A stretch of DNA of 64,000 nt from contig JADHUT010000002.1 in NCBI GenBank assembly GCA_016784385.1, positions 12,316 through 76,315 on the forward strand, written 5' to 3'. Below the pieces are notes generated by a model, which worked only from the letters and a program-made list of their open reading frames with translations, made no database searches and was not told the origin of the DNA. This document shows positions 1 through 9,585 of the stretch, one piece after another (the stretch's first letter is position 1; every line of letters starts with the position of its first letter). The DNA is from Candidatus Microgenomates bacterium (GTDB lineage Bacteria; Patescibacteriota; Microgenomatia; UBA8517). The position numbers and the translations under genes were made by a program.

Positions 1-2
1 CA

Positions 3-779
3 GATACCATTATCAACATTTTTGTGTCTCAAAATTCTAAAAAACTAAGTTTACTTCCACTTCCTCGAGACATATGGATACCCGAGATCAGGGCAAAGAT
101 AAACAGTGCATATTATTGGGATAAACAAAGAGAGAATAAAAATTATGAACTAACAAGGCTTGCTGTAGAGGGTGTGGTAGGTAAAAGGCCAGACTACTTG
201 GTTGTTGTTAATTTTTCTATGTTTAAAGATTTGGTTGAGGCGTTGGGAGGAATTGAGGTAGTAGTTGAAAATTCATTTGTAGATAATAAATTTCCAATAC
301 CAGGCCTAGAGGAAGACCTGTGTGATGGAGACAAAACATATGGCTGTAGATATGAAACAATCCAGTTTGAGGAGGGTTTGCAGACGATGGACGGGGAAAC
401 ATCTTTGAAATTTGTGAGAAGTAGAAATTCTGAAGGAAATGAAGGGACAGATATAGCACGCGAGGCAAGACAGCAAAAAGTAATAGCTGCTATAAAAAAC
501 AAAACTTTGTCTTCCGAAATTATCTTAGAGCCCAAAAGTATTATTTCTGTATTGAATTCAGTTTTAAATAACGTAGAGACAGATTTCGATATTGAGTCAG
601 CAATAGTTTTGGCAAGAGTCCTTCTCGATTCAAAAGATAATGTTCACAGTCTCACCATCCCAGAAGATTTTTTGGAAGTTTCAAAAAATATATACAAATA
701 TGATTATCAGTATGTATTTATTCCAAGAAATGGAAATTGGAGTGATTTTTCTACCACCCTACCCAACCAAATTTATTAA
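3..779 (+). CDS. LCP (LytR-CpsA-Psr) family protein, 5' end outside window
   Basis: Motifs DTII..., LPRDIW, KINSAY, VEALGGIEV, FVRSR..GTDIAREARQQKVI; reading frame is open to the window edge. Confidence 0.9.
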   Translation, partial: DTIINIFVSQNSKKLSLLPLPRDIWIPEIRAKINSAYYWDKQRENKNYELTRLAVEGVVGKRPDYLVVVNFSMFKDLVEALGGIEVVVENSFVDNKFPIPGLEEDLCDGDKTYGCRYETIQFEEGLQTMDGETSLKFVRSRNSEGNEGTDIAREARQQKVIAAIKNKTLSSEIILEPKSIISVLNSVLNNVETDFDIESAIVLARVLLDSKDNVHSLTIPEDFLEVSKNIYKYDYQYVFIPRNGNWSDFSTTLPNQIY

Positions 780-1950
780 TCCAGATTACTCCCCAAAGAT
801 TAACTAAAATCCCAATGCACATTAGCATCCAATGAATTTTTCTTGGCCCTTTTTGTTTTGCCACACCCTTAATTGTTAAAAGTATCAAAAAGGGGTAAAA
901 ATCAACAGCGAAGCGGTATCCAAACTGTGCAAAACCAGTTCCACCGTGAGCACCTACTACCAAAAATACCAAAAGAATGGCCAACCACACATATTTGACC
1001 AACTTTTCTTTTGCTTGCGCTTTGAGAGCGAAAAAAAAGGCTGGGGTGGTTAACCAAATTGCCATGCCAGCCCAAGAAGGTTGAATGTATGGAAATTTAT
1101 CCAGAAATATTGGCATGGCAAGAAATGCAATTTTTAAGTCGGCTAAAATATAGCTTGGATGCATTATGCCTTTACTAAACCAGGGTTCGTTCGAAGTTCC
1201 AGGTATTAAAAAATATCCGGAATTAAAAAGGGTGTGGTAACGAGCGTAGTTATACAACATGTCTAAAACCAAGACCACTCCTATCGGTGTGGCAAACAAC
1301 ATAAACTTTTTGAATTTTTTTACAAAAATACCCTTTTTGAATAGTTGTGGTTGACTTAGATACAAAAATATCGGGAATGTTAAGGCAAGGTGGCTTCTTG
1401 AAAGATATACAAAAGCCAAACTTATACCTAATACAATAGGTCTTTTTTTACCTAAAGTTTCAATGAGGGCTATGGTTAGAAAAAAACAACTTACAATTTG
1501 GCCCAAGTACCAAGTAGAACCAACTGATGATAAAAACCACACAATAGACCCCAGACCAACTAGTAAAGTTGACCAGACTGCCAACTTGAGGTCTTTTTTA
1601 ACTTTCAAAGAGAGAAAAAATGTTAGAACTGTAAAACCAGCTCCGATCAAATGCGCCAAGTATTGTTGGGGAAAGTTTTTTCCAAAAATAAAAACAAAAG
1701 GTATTGAAAGTATAGCTGGCATTGGAGGGTTCACTACGAAAAAATTAGTAATGTCGCCGTTTATAGGTACTTTTTCCAGCCAAGGATAGTTCCCTGTTAT
1801 AAACAACTTACCTTTTAAAAAGGCGTCTGCCAGCAAAGTGAAGTGGTTGTAGGGAGTTTCTCCCCCGGAGGTAGACAAGTATATTATAAATATACCTATA
1901 AACAGTAAGATACTAATGAGTCTTATTTTTCTATTCATATTACCAGCCAA
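751..1950 (-). CDS. multi-pass membrane protein, GT-C fold glycosyltransferase-like (paralog 1)
   Basis: ~10 hydrophobic segments; LADAFLKG, PPMPA, TWY, GFAQFGYRF motifs shared with the adjacent paralog. Confidence 0.6.
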   Translation of the reverse strand: MAGNMNRKIRLISILLFIGIFIIYLSTSGGETPYNHFTLLADAFLKGKLFITGNYPWLEKVPINGDITNFFVVNPPMPAILSIPFVFIFGKNFPQQYLAHLIGAGFTVLTFFLSLKVKKDLKLAVWSTLLVGLGSIVWFLSSVGSTWYLGQIVSCFFLTIALIETLGKKRPIVLGISLAFVYLSRSHLALTFPIFLYLSQPQLFKKGIFVKKFKKFMLFATPIGVVLVLDMLYNYARYHTLFNSGYFLIPGTSNEPWFSKGIMHPSYILADLKIAFLAMPIFLDKFPYIQPSWAGMAIWLTTPAFFFALKAQAKEKLVKYVWLAILLVFLVVGAHGGTGFAQFGYRFAVDFYPFLILLTIKGVAKQKGPRKIHWMLMCIGILVNLWGVIWINKFGWVGW

Positions 1951-3115
1951 GTTGAATTGCCCATTTTACTCCCCAAAAGTTTACAATGATTGAGATAAGA
2001 AGCAGTGTCAGATTTATTTTTGTCGGTTTGAATTTAATGGCTATTATTATCATCAAAAAGACTAAAAGATCCAAAACAAACCTGTATCCAAATTGAACCC
2101 ACCCTTGTGCGTAATGAGTGAACAGAATAATTGATGCAGGAAGAATGGCCAAAATAGATGCTTTTATAAGCTTCCTTTTAAAAGGGGGCTTGAATGCTAA
2201 CAAAAGTAGTGGGGAGGTAAAAAGTATTCCCATTCCGAAAGGGCTGGGTTTGAAATTTTGTGGTGGCATTACAAAAAAAGTATAAAGATGATATGGAATT
2301 GCCCTAATGTCGAAGTAGTTAAAATGAGCAGAGTCGGGGTGCCAGATTCTTTGGAGAGAATAATTCAAATTTGAACTGACGTAGCTTTCATATACTTGTG
2401 TGTACCCTCCCTCCCAGATATTGCCAAACCTTGCAAAATTGTATGAAAGGGTAATTGGAATAAATACAAATGCTCCTAGCAAGAAAAGAGCTAGTAATTT
2501 TTTTTGATTTCTGAGTAGAAAAACAAAAAACAGACCAGTTGCCAGAACAGGAAATCTAGATAGTGCTGAAAGAGCGAAGAGCAGACCAGACAAAAACACT
2601 AATGTTTTATTTTTTGAATAAAATATAATGATGACACTTAGCAGCAGAAAAAAAATTGAAACTATGTGGGCAAAAAACCAAGTTGTTCCGACTATTGTTG
2701 ACCAAAAAAGCGTAGTTCCAAATCCCACAAACAAAGACAAAAGGACAGCATTTTTCTTATCTGTGATTTTTTTAAATAGTAAATAAAAGAGGGTAATATT
2801 CAAGGATCCTAAAAGTACGGATATTTGTTGTTGGGTGACACTTTTTAAAAAAATTATAAATGGAATAAGTGCGAGTGACGCTCCTGGCGGAAAAGGTAGA
2901 TATGTTTTATTTCCAATAACGATCTTGTCCTGATAAAATTCAGGCAAGAAGGGGACATCTACTCTTCCATCTAGGATAGAGTTGGCAAGATGGAGGTAGT
3001 GGTCATACCAATTTCTGGGGTTGGGATATATACTCTTGTAAATTAGATATGAGCCCACAAAAATAAATAATGGAATTAATATATGACTAAACTTTTTAAA
3101 AAATTTGTTTATCAC
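1940..3115 (-). CDS. multi-pass membrane protein, GT-C fold glycosyltransferase-like (paralog 2)
   Basis: LANSILDG, FPPG, TWF, NFARFG, GWVQFGYRF, VNFWGV; clear paralog of 751..1950; GTG start preceded by TGnTAAAAT. Confidence 0.6.
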   Translation of the reverse strand: MINKFFKKFSHILIPLFIFVGSYLIYKSIYPNPRNWYDHYLHLANSILDGRVDVPFLPEFYQDKIVIGNKTYLPFPPGASLALIPFIIFLKSVTQQQISVLLGSLNITLFYLLFKKITDKKNAVLLSLFVGFGTTLFWSTIVGTTWFFAHIVSIFFLLLSVIIIFYSKNKTLVFLSGLLFALSALSRFPVLATGLFFVFLLRNQKKLLALFLLGAFVFIPITLSYNFARFGNIWEGGYTQVYESYVSSNLNYSLQRIWHPDSAHFNYFDIRAIPYHLYTFFVMPPQNFKPSPFGMGILFTSPLLLLAFKPPFKRKLIKASILAILPASIILFTHYAQGWVQFGYRFVLDLLVFLMIIIAIKFKPTKINLTLLLISIIVNFWGVKWAIQLGW

Positions 3116-5539
3116 AAAATTGATTTTAACATTGTGGGATTGTTTTTATCTGCTTTAATACTGCGATTGTTCTTGGCAAATTTTGGAACACTGCAACTTG
3201 ATCATGGAACATTTGTTTCCTGGGCAAATTCTCTGGCTTTAAACGGTACCAGCAACTTCTATGATTCGTGGTCTGATTATTTACCTGGATATTTGTATGT
3301 TTTGCAATTTCTTGGAAAAGTAAATTTATTATTTCCACAATTGCAAACTTTGACTTTTAAAATTCCTGCCATGTTGGCAGATTTATTTACAGGTCTTTTA
3401 ATTTATCGCATTGCCAAGGAGAAATTAAAATCACCAAATAAAAAAAGGTGGGCGTTGGGACTTTTTGTACTATATGTTTTTAACCCAGCAATAATTTCTA
3501 ATTCAACCCTGTGGGGACAAGTAGATAGTTTGTCGGCCTTCTTTGCGCTGTCGACAATTTATTTTGCTACAAAAAACAAGTTATTTATTTCATCTATACT
3601 CATTTCAATAGGTACTCTTATAAAGCCACAAGTAGCATTTGTTGCCCCCTCGATTTTATACTTGGCTATTTCCAATAAATGGAAAACAAAACAAATAATA
3701 GGGTACGGGTTGGTGGGGTTTGGTGTATTTGTATTAGGTTTTGTGCCTTTTACCAACTTGGCAGACCTAATCCCCTTTATTATTGAAAGATTAACAATTT
3801 CAGCAAATCAGTATCCATATGGTTCCATTAACGCATTTTCTTTTTGGGGCCTTTTTGGATTTTGGAAACCAGATCAGGTTTCCTCATGGATTGGATTGGG
3901 AGTTGTTTTAATTTCTAATTTATTATTTTTCATAAAAACTGTTAAGCGTAAAAATTCTGCATATTTGATTGCAGTGTTTTCTCTATTGACTACATTTTTA
4001 TTTTTAACCAGGATACACGAGAGACATCTGCTTCCAGTACTGGCCCCACTTCTTATTTCTTCTTTAGAAATCTTCCCAATAATTTTTGTGTATGCTGGGT
4101 TGTCTTTAACTTATATAGCCAATTTAGCCTATTCATATTATTGGATAACAGATAACTACAAGCAGATTTTCAATCCTGTAATGACAAAGATCTTGATTGT
4201 ATTTAACTTGATTATGTTGGGAGTTTTTTCATTGTCACTTTTCAATAAAAGATTTAAAAACTATCTGTCGGGTTTACTCAAATTTAAAAGAAAAAAAGCA
4301 AAAGTATTAAACAACAAAAAGTTGTTTAAGGGGCGCGATGTGACAAAAAAAGCTGCAAAATTAATGCTGGCAACAATTTTGTTGTTTTCGTTGTTTACAA
4401 GATTTTATAATTTGCAAAATCCTCCAAATGAATATTTTGACGAGGTATATCATGTGTTCACCGCAAAATTAATGCTTCACAATGACCCTAAAGCTTGGGA
4501 GTGGTGGAACCCGCATCCTGAAGGGTTTGCTTATGAGTGGACACATCCACCAATTGCTAAGTTGGGCATGGTTGTTGGAATGGTTGTTTTTGGAGAAAAT
4601 TCATTTGGGTCTAGATCAGTTCAAGCAATGTTGGGTGTAGCTTCGATTTATCTAGTGTATCTGATTACTTTAGGATTGTTTAATGACAGGAAAATGGCTT
4701 TAATGGCTTCATTGCTTTTAAGTTTTGATGGCTTGTTTTTGGTAATGAATAGAATCGGAATGAATGATACCTACTTATTGTTTTTCCTTCTTTTGTCATT
4801 TTTGTGTTTTCTCAAAGACAAATATTTTTTTGCAGCTATTTCGGTTGGTTTAGCATTAGCTTCTAAGTGGTCGGCGATTTATTTTTTACCTATACTTCCT
4901 CTCTCTCATTTTGTTTTAAGAAAAAAGATGAAGTTAAATTATCTTTGGTTTTTGGTTCTACCTCCTCTAGTTTATGTAGCAAGCTATACTCAAATGTTTA
5001 CAACAGGCCATAGTTGGGGACAATTTGTGGAAGTTCAAAAACAAATGTGGTGGTATCATACCAACCTTGATGCACAACATGCATACACTTCTCCTGCATG
5101 GAGTTGGCCACTCCTCCTAAGGCCAATCTATCTATATGACGGTGGTGTGGTGGGTGGTGGTATAAATAAACTAGTAAGTAGAATATATGCTTTTGGAAAT
5201 CCAGCGGTATTTTGGTTCGGTCTTGTGTCAGTAATTGGTGGTGCAGTTATTTCTTTTCAAGAAAAAAATAAAAAATTAGGGCTGGTTATATTTTCATACC
5301 TAATTTTTTTTATTCCTTGGATAGCATCTCCCAGAATTATGTTTTTGTATCACTACTTGCCATCAATTCCATTTTTGGTGATTATTTCTTCGTTTGTACT
5401 TCGTCGTTTACCACGCTTAATCTTGCCAGTTTTTATTTCCATGGCAGTGCTATTTACATACTTCTATCCTCATTGGACAGCAATCAATATCCCCGAAAGT
5501 TTAGACAGAAGTTATTATTGGTTCTCAAGCTGGAGATAG
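3083..5539 (+). CDS. fusion: N-terminal GT-C mannosyltransferase-like domain + protein O-mannosyltransferase (PMT/GT39)
   Basis: N-half DYLPGY, WGQVDS, KPQ, HERH; C-half YFDEVYH, HPP, KWS, HAYTSPAWSWP, GNPAVFW, MFLYHYLP typical of bacterial PMT. Confidence 0.8.
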   Translation: MTKLFKKFVYHKIDFNIVGLFLSALILRLFLANFGTLQLDHGTFVSWANSLALNGTSNFYDSWSDYLPGYLYVLQFLGKVNLLFPQLQTLTFKIPAMLADLFTGLLIYRIAKEKLKSPNKKRWALGLFVLYVFNPAIISNSTLWGQVDSLSAFFALSTIYFATKNKLFISSILISIGTLIKPQVAFVAPSILYLAISNKWKTKQIIGYGLVGFGVFVLGFVPFTNLADLIPFIIERLTISANQYPYGSINAFSFWGLFGFWKPDQVSSWIGLGVVLISNLLFFIKTVKRKNSAYLIAVFSLLTTFLFLTRIHERHLLPVLAPLLISSLEIFPIIFVYAGLSLTYIANLAYSYYWITDNYKQIFNPVMTKILIVFNLIMLGVFSLSLFNKRFKNYLSGLLKFKRKKAKVLNNKKLFKGRDVTKKAAKLMLATILLFSLFTRFYNLQNPPNEYFDEVYHVFTAKLMLHNDPKAWEWWNPHPEGFAYEWTHPPIAKLGMVVGMVVFGENSFGSRSVQAMLGVASIYLVYLITLGLFNDRKMALMASLLLSFDGLFLVMNRIGMNDTYLLFFLLLSFLCFLKDKYFFAAISVGLALASKWSAIYFLPILPLSHFVLRKKMKLNYLWFLVLPPLVYVASYTQMFTTGHSWGQFVEVQKQMWWYHTNLDAQHAYTSPAWSWPLLLRPIYLYDGGVVGGGINKLVSRIYAFGNPAVFWFGLVSVIGGAVISFQEKNKKLGLVIFSYLIFFIPWIASPRIMFLYHYLPSIPFLVIISSFVLRRLPRLILPVFISMAVLFTYFYPHWTAINIPESLDRSYYWFSSWR

Positions 5540-5545
5540 TACCAG

Positions 5546-6097
5546 TTACAATGCCAAAAGAAGAGCTCCAAATATTGCAAGTATTCCAAGACCTCCACCA
5601 ACAATTGTTGGCCAAGATGTTCCTGCATCAGGAAGTTGTGGTGCATCAGAGGCTGCTGGTGTAGCAGTAGATGTTTGTGGACATGAACAATCAGTTTCGG
5701 CCGTGCATTGTGTGTTTCTACAATTTCCAGTGGTATCACCACTAGGGATGTAGCAAATTAGATCCGATGGACAATCAACGTTGCTTGTACAGCTGTAGTT
5801 ACATTGTGGGTTAGGACTTGCCGTTGGTGTAGAGGAGGCAGTACTTGTTGCAGTGGCTGTTGCTGTCGGAGAACTACTACTGGTGCTGGTCGCAGTTGGT
5901 GATGAGGTGGAAACAGATATTGTAAATGACAGTGAACAAGAACTCACTTCTTGTGCTGCAGGACGACTTGTTGGTGCATTTGGTGCAACTGCTTGATTAC
6001 GTAAATTATATAGTCTGGTGGCTGTAAAAATGGCCACACCTGCCAAAACTATTGTTGCTATGATTATTAGTATTGTTGATATTTTAGATTTTTTCAT
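5546..6097 (-). CDS. Ser/Thr-rich, Cys-rich surface protein with LPxTG-like (LPDAG) sorting signal
   Basis: N-terminal TM, S/T/A/P tract, 8-Cys module, LPDAG followed by C-terminal hydrophobic helix. Confidence 0.75.
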   Translation of the reverse strand: MKKSKISTILIIIATIVLAGVAIFTATRLYNLRNQAVAPNAPTSRPAAQEVSSCSLSFTISVSTSSPTATSTSSSSPTATATATSTASSTPTASPNPQCNYSCTSNVDCPSDLICYIPSGDTTGNCRNTQCTAETDCSCPQTSTATPAASDAPQLPDAGTSWPTIVGGGLGILAIFGALLLAL

Positions 6098-6103
6098 ATT
6101 TTG

Positions 6104-7294
6104 TTATTTCCACCCCAAACTGTCATGGAATACTTGGGCTGCTATATTAAAAGTTGAAATACCAGCAGGTATTGTATATTCATCGTAGAATTCGGTTGTG
6201 CTTGGTTTTTTTGTTGCAACTTCAGAGCGAAGTATTCCATTAATAGTAAATCTAGCTTTAGTAAATGTTCCATTTGGAGATTGTCCTGCTGCTGTGAATC
6301 TTACAACATCACCAACAGTGAGCTGGCTTAGTTGGGTGGAAGTTAAAGGACTCCAGTTGATGTCGTATGCTTTGATGTTAAGACATTGGGCAGAGTCTGT
6401 AAGAGTGGTGATACCTCCACCACTACCTCCTGAACCAGGGACACAACCGTCATCACTTGGATTTTCTACATAACCCTGTACACAACACGTCATACCTCTT
6501 CCATGCATATTTTCCGTCCATGTTCTACCTTGTGCTTCACATGATTGTTCAAGAGCAACGGGTTCACATATTTCTGAGGTACTTGCATCACCACCTTGGC
6601 TGTGGCATACAAATCCCTGTGCACAAGGATTTGTAATAATGTTACAATTTTCACCTTCTCCTGGGCGTACTCCTCCACCACCTAACCCACCAAGAATAAT
6701 TTCGTTTTCGATTCTTTCGGCATTTTCTGTTATCGCATTATCAGCGTCTACAAGTGCTTGATATTCTTCTCTTGTGTATTCAACACCATTAGCATCAGTA
6801 TAGAAAGGAGTTGTGACTGGAGCACTTCCACCACCACCACCACTACCACCACCATCACCACTATCACCACCACCAGTGCTTCCACTTCCACCACCAGGAT
6901 CGTTTATTCCTCCTGGTCCATCGTTTGCCACCTCGTATGGTCTAGGGTCAGCTCTTTCCCTAATATCTTGTTGTTGTTGTACTAGTATTACACCTGCTCC
7001 GATACTACCCACGAGAAGAAATATTCCAAGTATGGTTGCAATGAATTTTCCTTTTCCTCCACCAAATTTCTTTCCTGTTTTGGTCTTTGTGCCAGTTTCA
7101 TTCTCTTGTGTGTTGGGTTGGGTTACTACTGTGGGTGGGACAATGTCGTCGGTTGGTGCTGCAGACCCATTTGTTGTTTCTGCTTGATTTAATTCTTCTG
7201 TCATGGGAGGAGTTACATCATCAGGTGAAGGAAAAATTGGGGGTGCAAAAGTAGCAGGGTCTTGTTGTTTATTGTCGTCGTTATTGTTTTGCAT
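6104..7294 (-). CDS. single-pass membrane protein with Gly-rich and Cys-rich extracellular region
   Basis: Pro/acidic N-terminus, TM then QQQQDIRERA, poly-Gly, several Cys, beta-rich C-terminus; ATG at 7294 preferred over the track start 7312. Confidence 0.7.
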   Translation of the reverse strand: MQNNNDDNKQQDPATFAPPIFPSPDDVTPPMTEELNQAETTNGSAAPTDDIVPPTVVTQPNTQENETGTKTKTGKKFGGGKGKFIATILGIFLLVGSIGAGVILVQQQQDIRERADPRPYEVANDGPGGINDPGGGSGSTGGGDSGDGGGSGGGGGSAPVTTPFYTDANGVEYTREEYQALVDADNAITENAERIENEIILGGLGGGGVRPGEGENCNIITNPCAQGFVCHSQGGDASTSEICEPVALEQSCEAQGRTWTENMHGRGMTCCVQGYVENPSDDGCVPGSGGSGGGITTLTDSAQCLNIKAYDINWSPLTSTQLSQLTVGDVVRFTAAGQSPNGTFTKARFTINGILRSEVATKKPSTTEFYDEYTIPAGISTFNIAAQVFHDSLGWK

Positions 7295-8603
7295 TGGCAG
7301 TTTTAAATACAAAAATACTAGAAAGTAGTATTCCTACACCCATTATGAATAAGCCCAATGTGGGTGTCAAGCTTCCTGTTTCTGGCAAGGCAGGAGGAGT
7401 TGATGTCGGAGATGAAGAAATTGTTGCAATTGCTGTTGAAGTTGCTGTGGCAGTTGCAGAAGGTAAACTGCTTGGAGTACTGGTTTGGACTGGTGTGGCA
7501 GAAGGAGTAGATTCAAAAGCAGGTCCTTCTGATGCAGTTACCACAAAGTTTCTTGTAATAGTTCTCAATATTCCACTGTCATCTTTCCATTTTATTGTTA
7601 CTTTGTGTTGCCCTGGCTCTAGGTTGTTTGGAGGACTCCAGGTCCATTGCCCTTGTGAATTTGGAGTTAAGTTTGTGGTCTGCATTTCAGATTCAACCAC
7701 TATTTCTATTTCAGTGTTAATAGGTGCTTTTCCAAAAAATTCAGGATCATTGGTGGTAATTATCTCTCCTTCATCAATACTCTCCAGAGTGACAACTTTG
7801 GTATTTTGGATTTCCCCATCTTCTATTTCAAACCTAGAAGAAATCTCTACCTGGTCTGGTATAGAAAGTTCACTTTCTGGTAGAGTAGTGTTTGTATCTA
7901 TGTCAATAGTTCTAAAGTCGTAACTTTTCCCAAGTACTATTAAAGGAGTATTTTTTGCAGGACCTGGATAAATAAGTGCAGTCGCAGAACCTGATACACC
8001 AGCGTCTATTGAAATTTCCAAGATTGTTGAGTTTGAACTTGTTGAGATATAGTTGGAAAGTGGAATCAACCAGTTTCCACTATTTGATGTTGTTGTGGAT
8101 AGAAGGGCTCCATCGACTGAGACATAAACGAGTACATTGTCTGCAGGGTTTCCTGTTTGATCGACTACAGAACCTGAAATATTGTGTTGTGTTGGGTTGG
8201 TGTTACTATTTGCATTTGTTGTAGCTTGCCAGGCAATTTCATTATTGTCCCAGTCAATGCCATCTGAATTAATTTTAAAATAGATTGATTCTGTTGGGTT
8301 TAGACCCAATATTGTTACCCAATGAGTTGTTGCTTTTTCGTCTGTGGTATCTTGTTGGACTTTTGATATAGTGGCACTACTTTTACCCCATTTTATAAAT
8401 CCAATAGATTCTTTGTCCGTCACCCAAGAAATAGTTAAGCTGGAGTTTGTGATATTACTAATCCTTACGTTTTTAGGGTTAGTTTCTGTTTGTGCACCAA
8501 GTTTAAATACAGCTTGTGAATTAATTAAAACTACGCCAGAAATAAGTCCAACAAACAATATAATTAACCCCAAAATAGTTGGTAATTTTGCATTTTTTTT
8601 CAT
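7281..8603 (-). CDS. Fn3/Ig-like multidomain surface protein with LPETG sortase signal
   Basis: NVRISNITNSSLTISWVT (Fn3-like), Ig-like domains, S/T-rich linker, LPETG + TM + K-containing tail. Confidence 0.8.
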   Translation of the reverse strand: MKKNAKLPTILGLIILFVGLISGVVLINSQAVFKLGAQTETNPKNVRISNITNSSLTISWVTDKESIGFIKWGKSSATISKVQQDTTDEKATTHWVTILGLNPTESIYFKINSDGIDWDNNEIAWQATTNANSNTNPTQHNISGSVVDQTGNPADNVLVYVSVDGALLSTTTSNSGNWLIPLSNYISTSSNSTILEISIDAGVSGSATALIYPGPAKNTPLIVLGKSYDFRTIDIDTNTTLPESELSIPDQVEISSRFEIEDGEIQNTKVVTLESIDEGEIITTNDPEFFGKAPINTEIEIVVESEMQTTNLTPNSQGQWTWSPPNNLEPGQHKVTIKWKDDSGILRTITRNFVVTASEGPAFESTPSATPVQTSTPSSLPSATATATSTAIATISSSPTSTPPALPETGSLTPTLGLFIMGVGILLSSIFVFKTANAKQ

Positions 8604-8923
8604 AATCCTTCTTCTAAACTTGCCTCTTGTGTGGCTTCTGGGGAAGGTGTGATTATAATACTTTCCGGTATTGGTGTACTTTCTATTTGTTCTACTATTA
8701 CAAAGCTTTCTGTAATTGAACCAAGGTGTTTTCTTTCTTTAATCTTCTCAATTGTTTCCCCGTCTAGTTTAGGGCTTAATGGAAGGAGGAGTTCATTTGG
8801 CACTACTGCTTCTGTTTCGTTAGTAAAACTTCTGTAAGCTCCAAAGAAAATCCAGAACACTGCAGTAATCAAAGTAAGTATTAGTATTACAACCACTGCA
8901 GGAAGCTTCTTCTTACTTTTCAT
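8600..8923 (-). CDS. single-TM hypothetical protein in pilN/pilO operon
   Basis: N-terminal TM; ATGA overlaps with both neighbours. Confidence 0.7.
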   Translation of the reverse strand: MKSKKKLPAVVVILILTLITAVFWIFFGAYRSFTNETEAVVPNELLLPLSPKLDGETIEKIKERKHLGSITESFVIVEQIESTPIPESIIITPSPEATQEASLEEGL

Positions 8924-9573
8924 AGTGAACCCCTTTCATACGGGAACCTTCCCGTTATAACCATTACCAGGATATTACCTTCTTCGGTTTGGCTTGAGTT
9001 AATTGAAAATGAATCTATTTTTATTGGTCTTCTAAGTTTTTCTATACTTGAAAGGAAAAATTGTAGATTTTGATAATTTCCGGTCACTGAGACAGTGACA
9101 GGAATTTCACCAGCGTCTTGGGGTAAGTTTTCTTGTTTTGTATTCTTTTTGTCTACACTTCCCAAAAGTGTTATTCCAGAAGATGATATCCCTAAAATTT
9201 CAACACCAGACTCAACAGCGACACCTTGAACTTGGCCAATTGCTCCATCAATGTTGGCTGTATCAGGAACTGATTGTTTGATTAAAGGTAGAGTAGTTGC
9301 AAATTGCTCCATTATTATACTGGCATTTTTTAAGTTTGTAATTTTTTGGTCTAGTTTTAATACAACGTCTTCTTTGTTTTTTATTTCTTGTGTAAGCTCA
9401 ATAATGGTTAGTATTGTTGGTTTTATGGCAAATAGTGCAAATATCAAGATTGTTACCAAAGACAAAATTATTTCTAAAAAAGATTTTAGGTCAGGTCTGG
9501 ATTTATAGACACGAGAGATATCCAAAAAATAACTCTTGTATCTTGTATAGTTTTTTCTCCAGCCGTCTTGCAT
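8920..9573 (-). CDS. pilO: type IV pilus alignment protein PilO-like
   Basis: TM, coiled coil, then VSVTGNYQNLQFFLSSIEKLRRPIKIDSFSI (PilO core). Confidence 0.75.
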   Translation of the reverse strand: MQDGWRKNYTRYKSYFLDISRVYKSRPDLKSFLEIILSLVTILIFALFAIKPTILTIIELTQEIKNKEDVVLKLDQKITNLKNASIIMEQFATTLPLIKQSVPDTANIDGAIGQVQGVAVESGVEILGISSSGITLLGSVDKKNTKQENLPQDAGEIPVTVSVTGNYQNLQFFLSSIEKLRRPIKIDSFSINSSQTEEGNILVMVITGRFPYERGSL

Positions 9574-9585
9574 ATTATTGTTTTT

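Noticed and set aside
6825-6900. (CCA)n-like trinucleotide repeat
   Set aside because: It encodes the poly-Gly linker of the minus-strand surface protein; it is not a CRISPR array or independent VNTR
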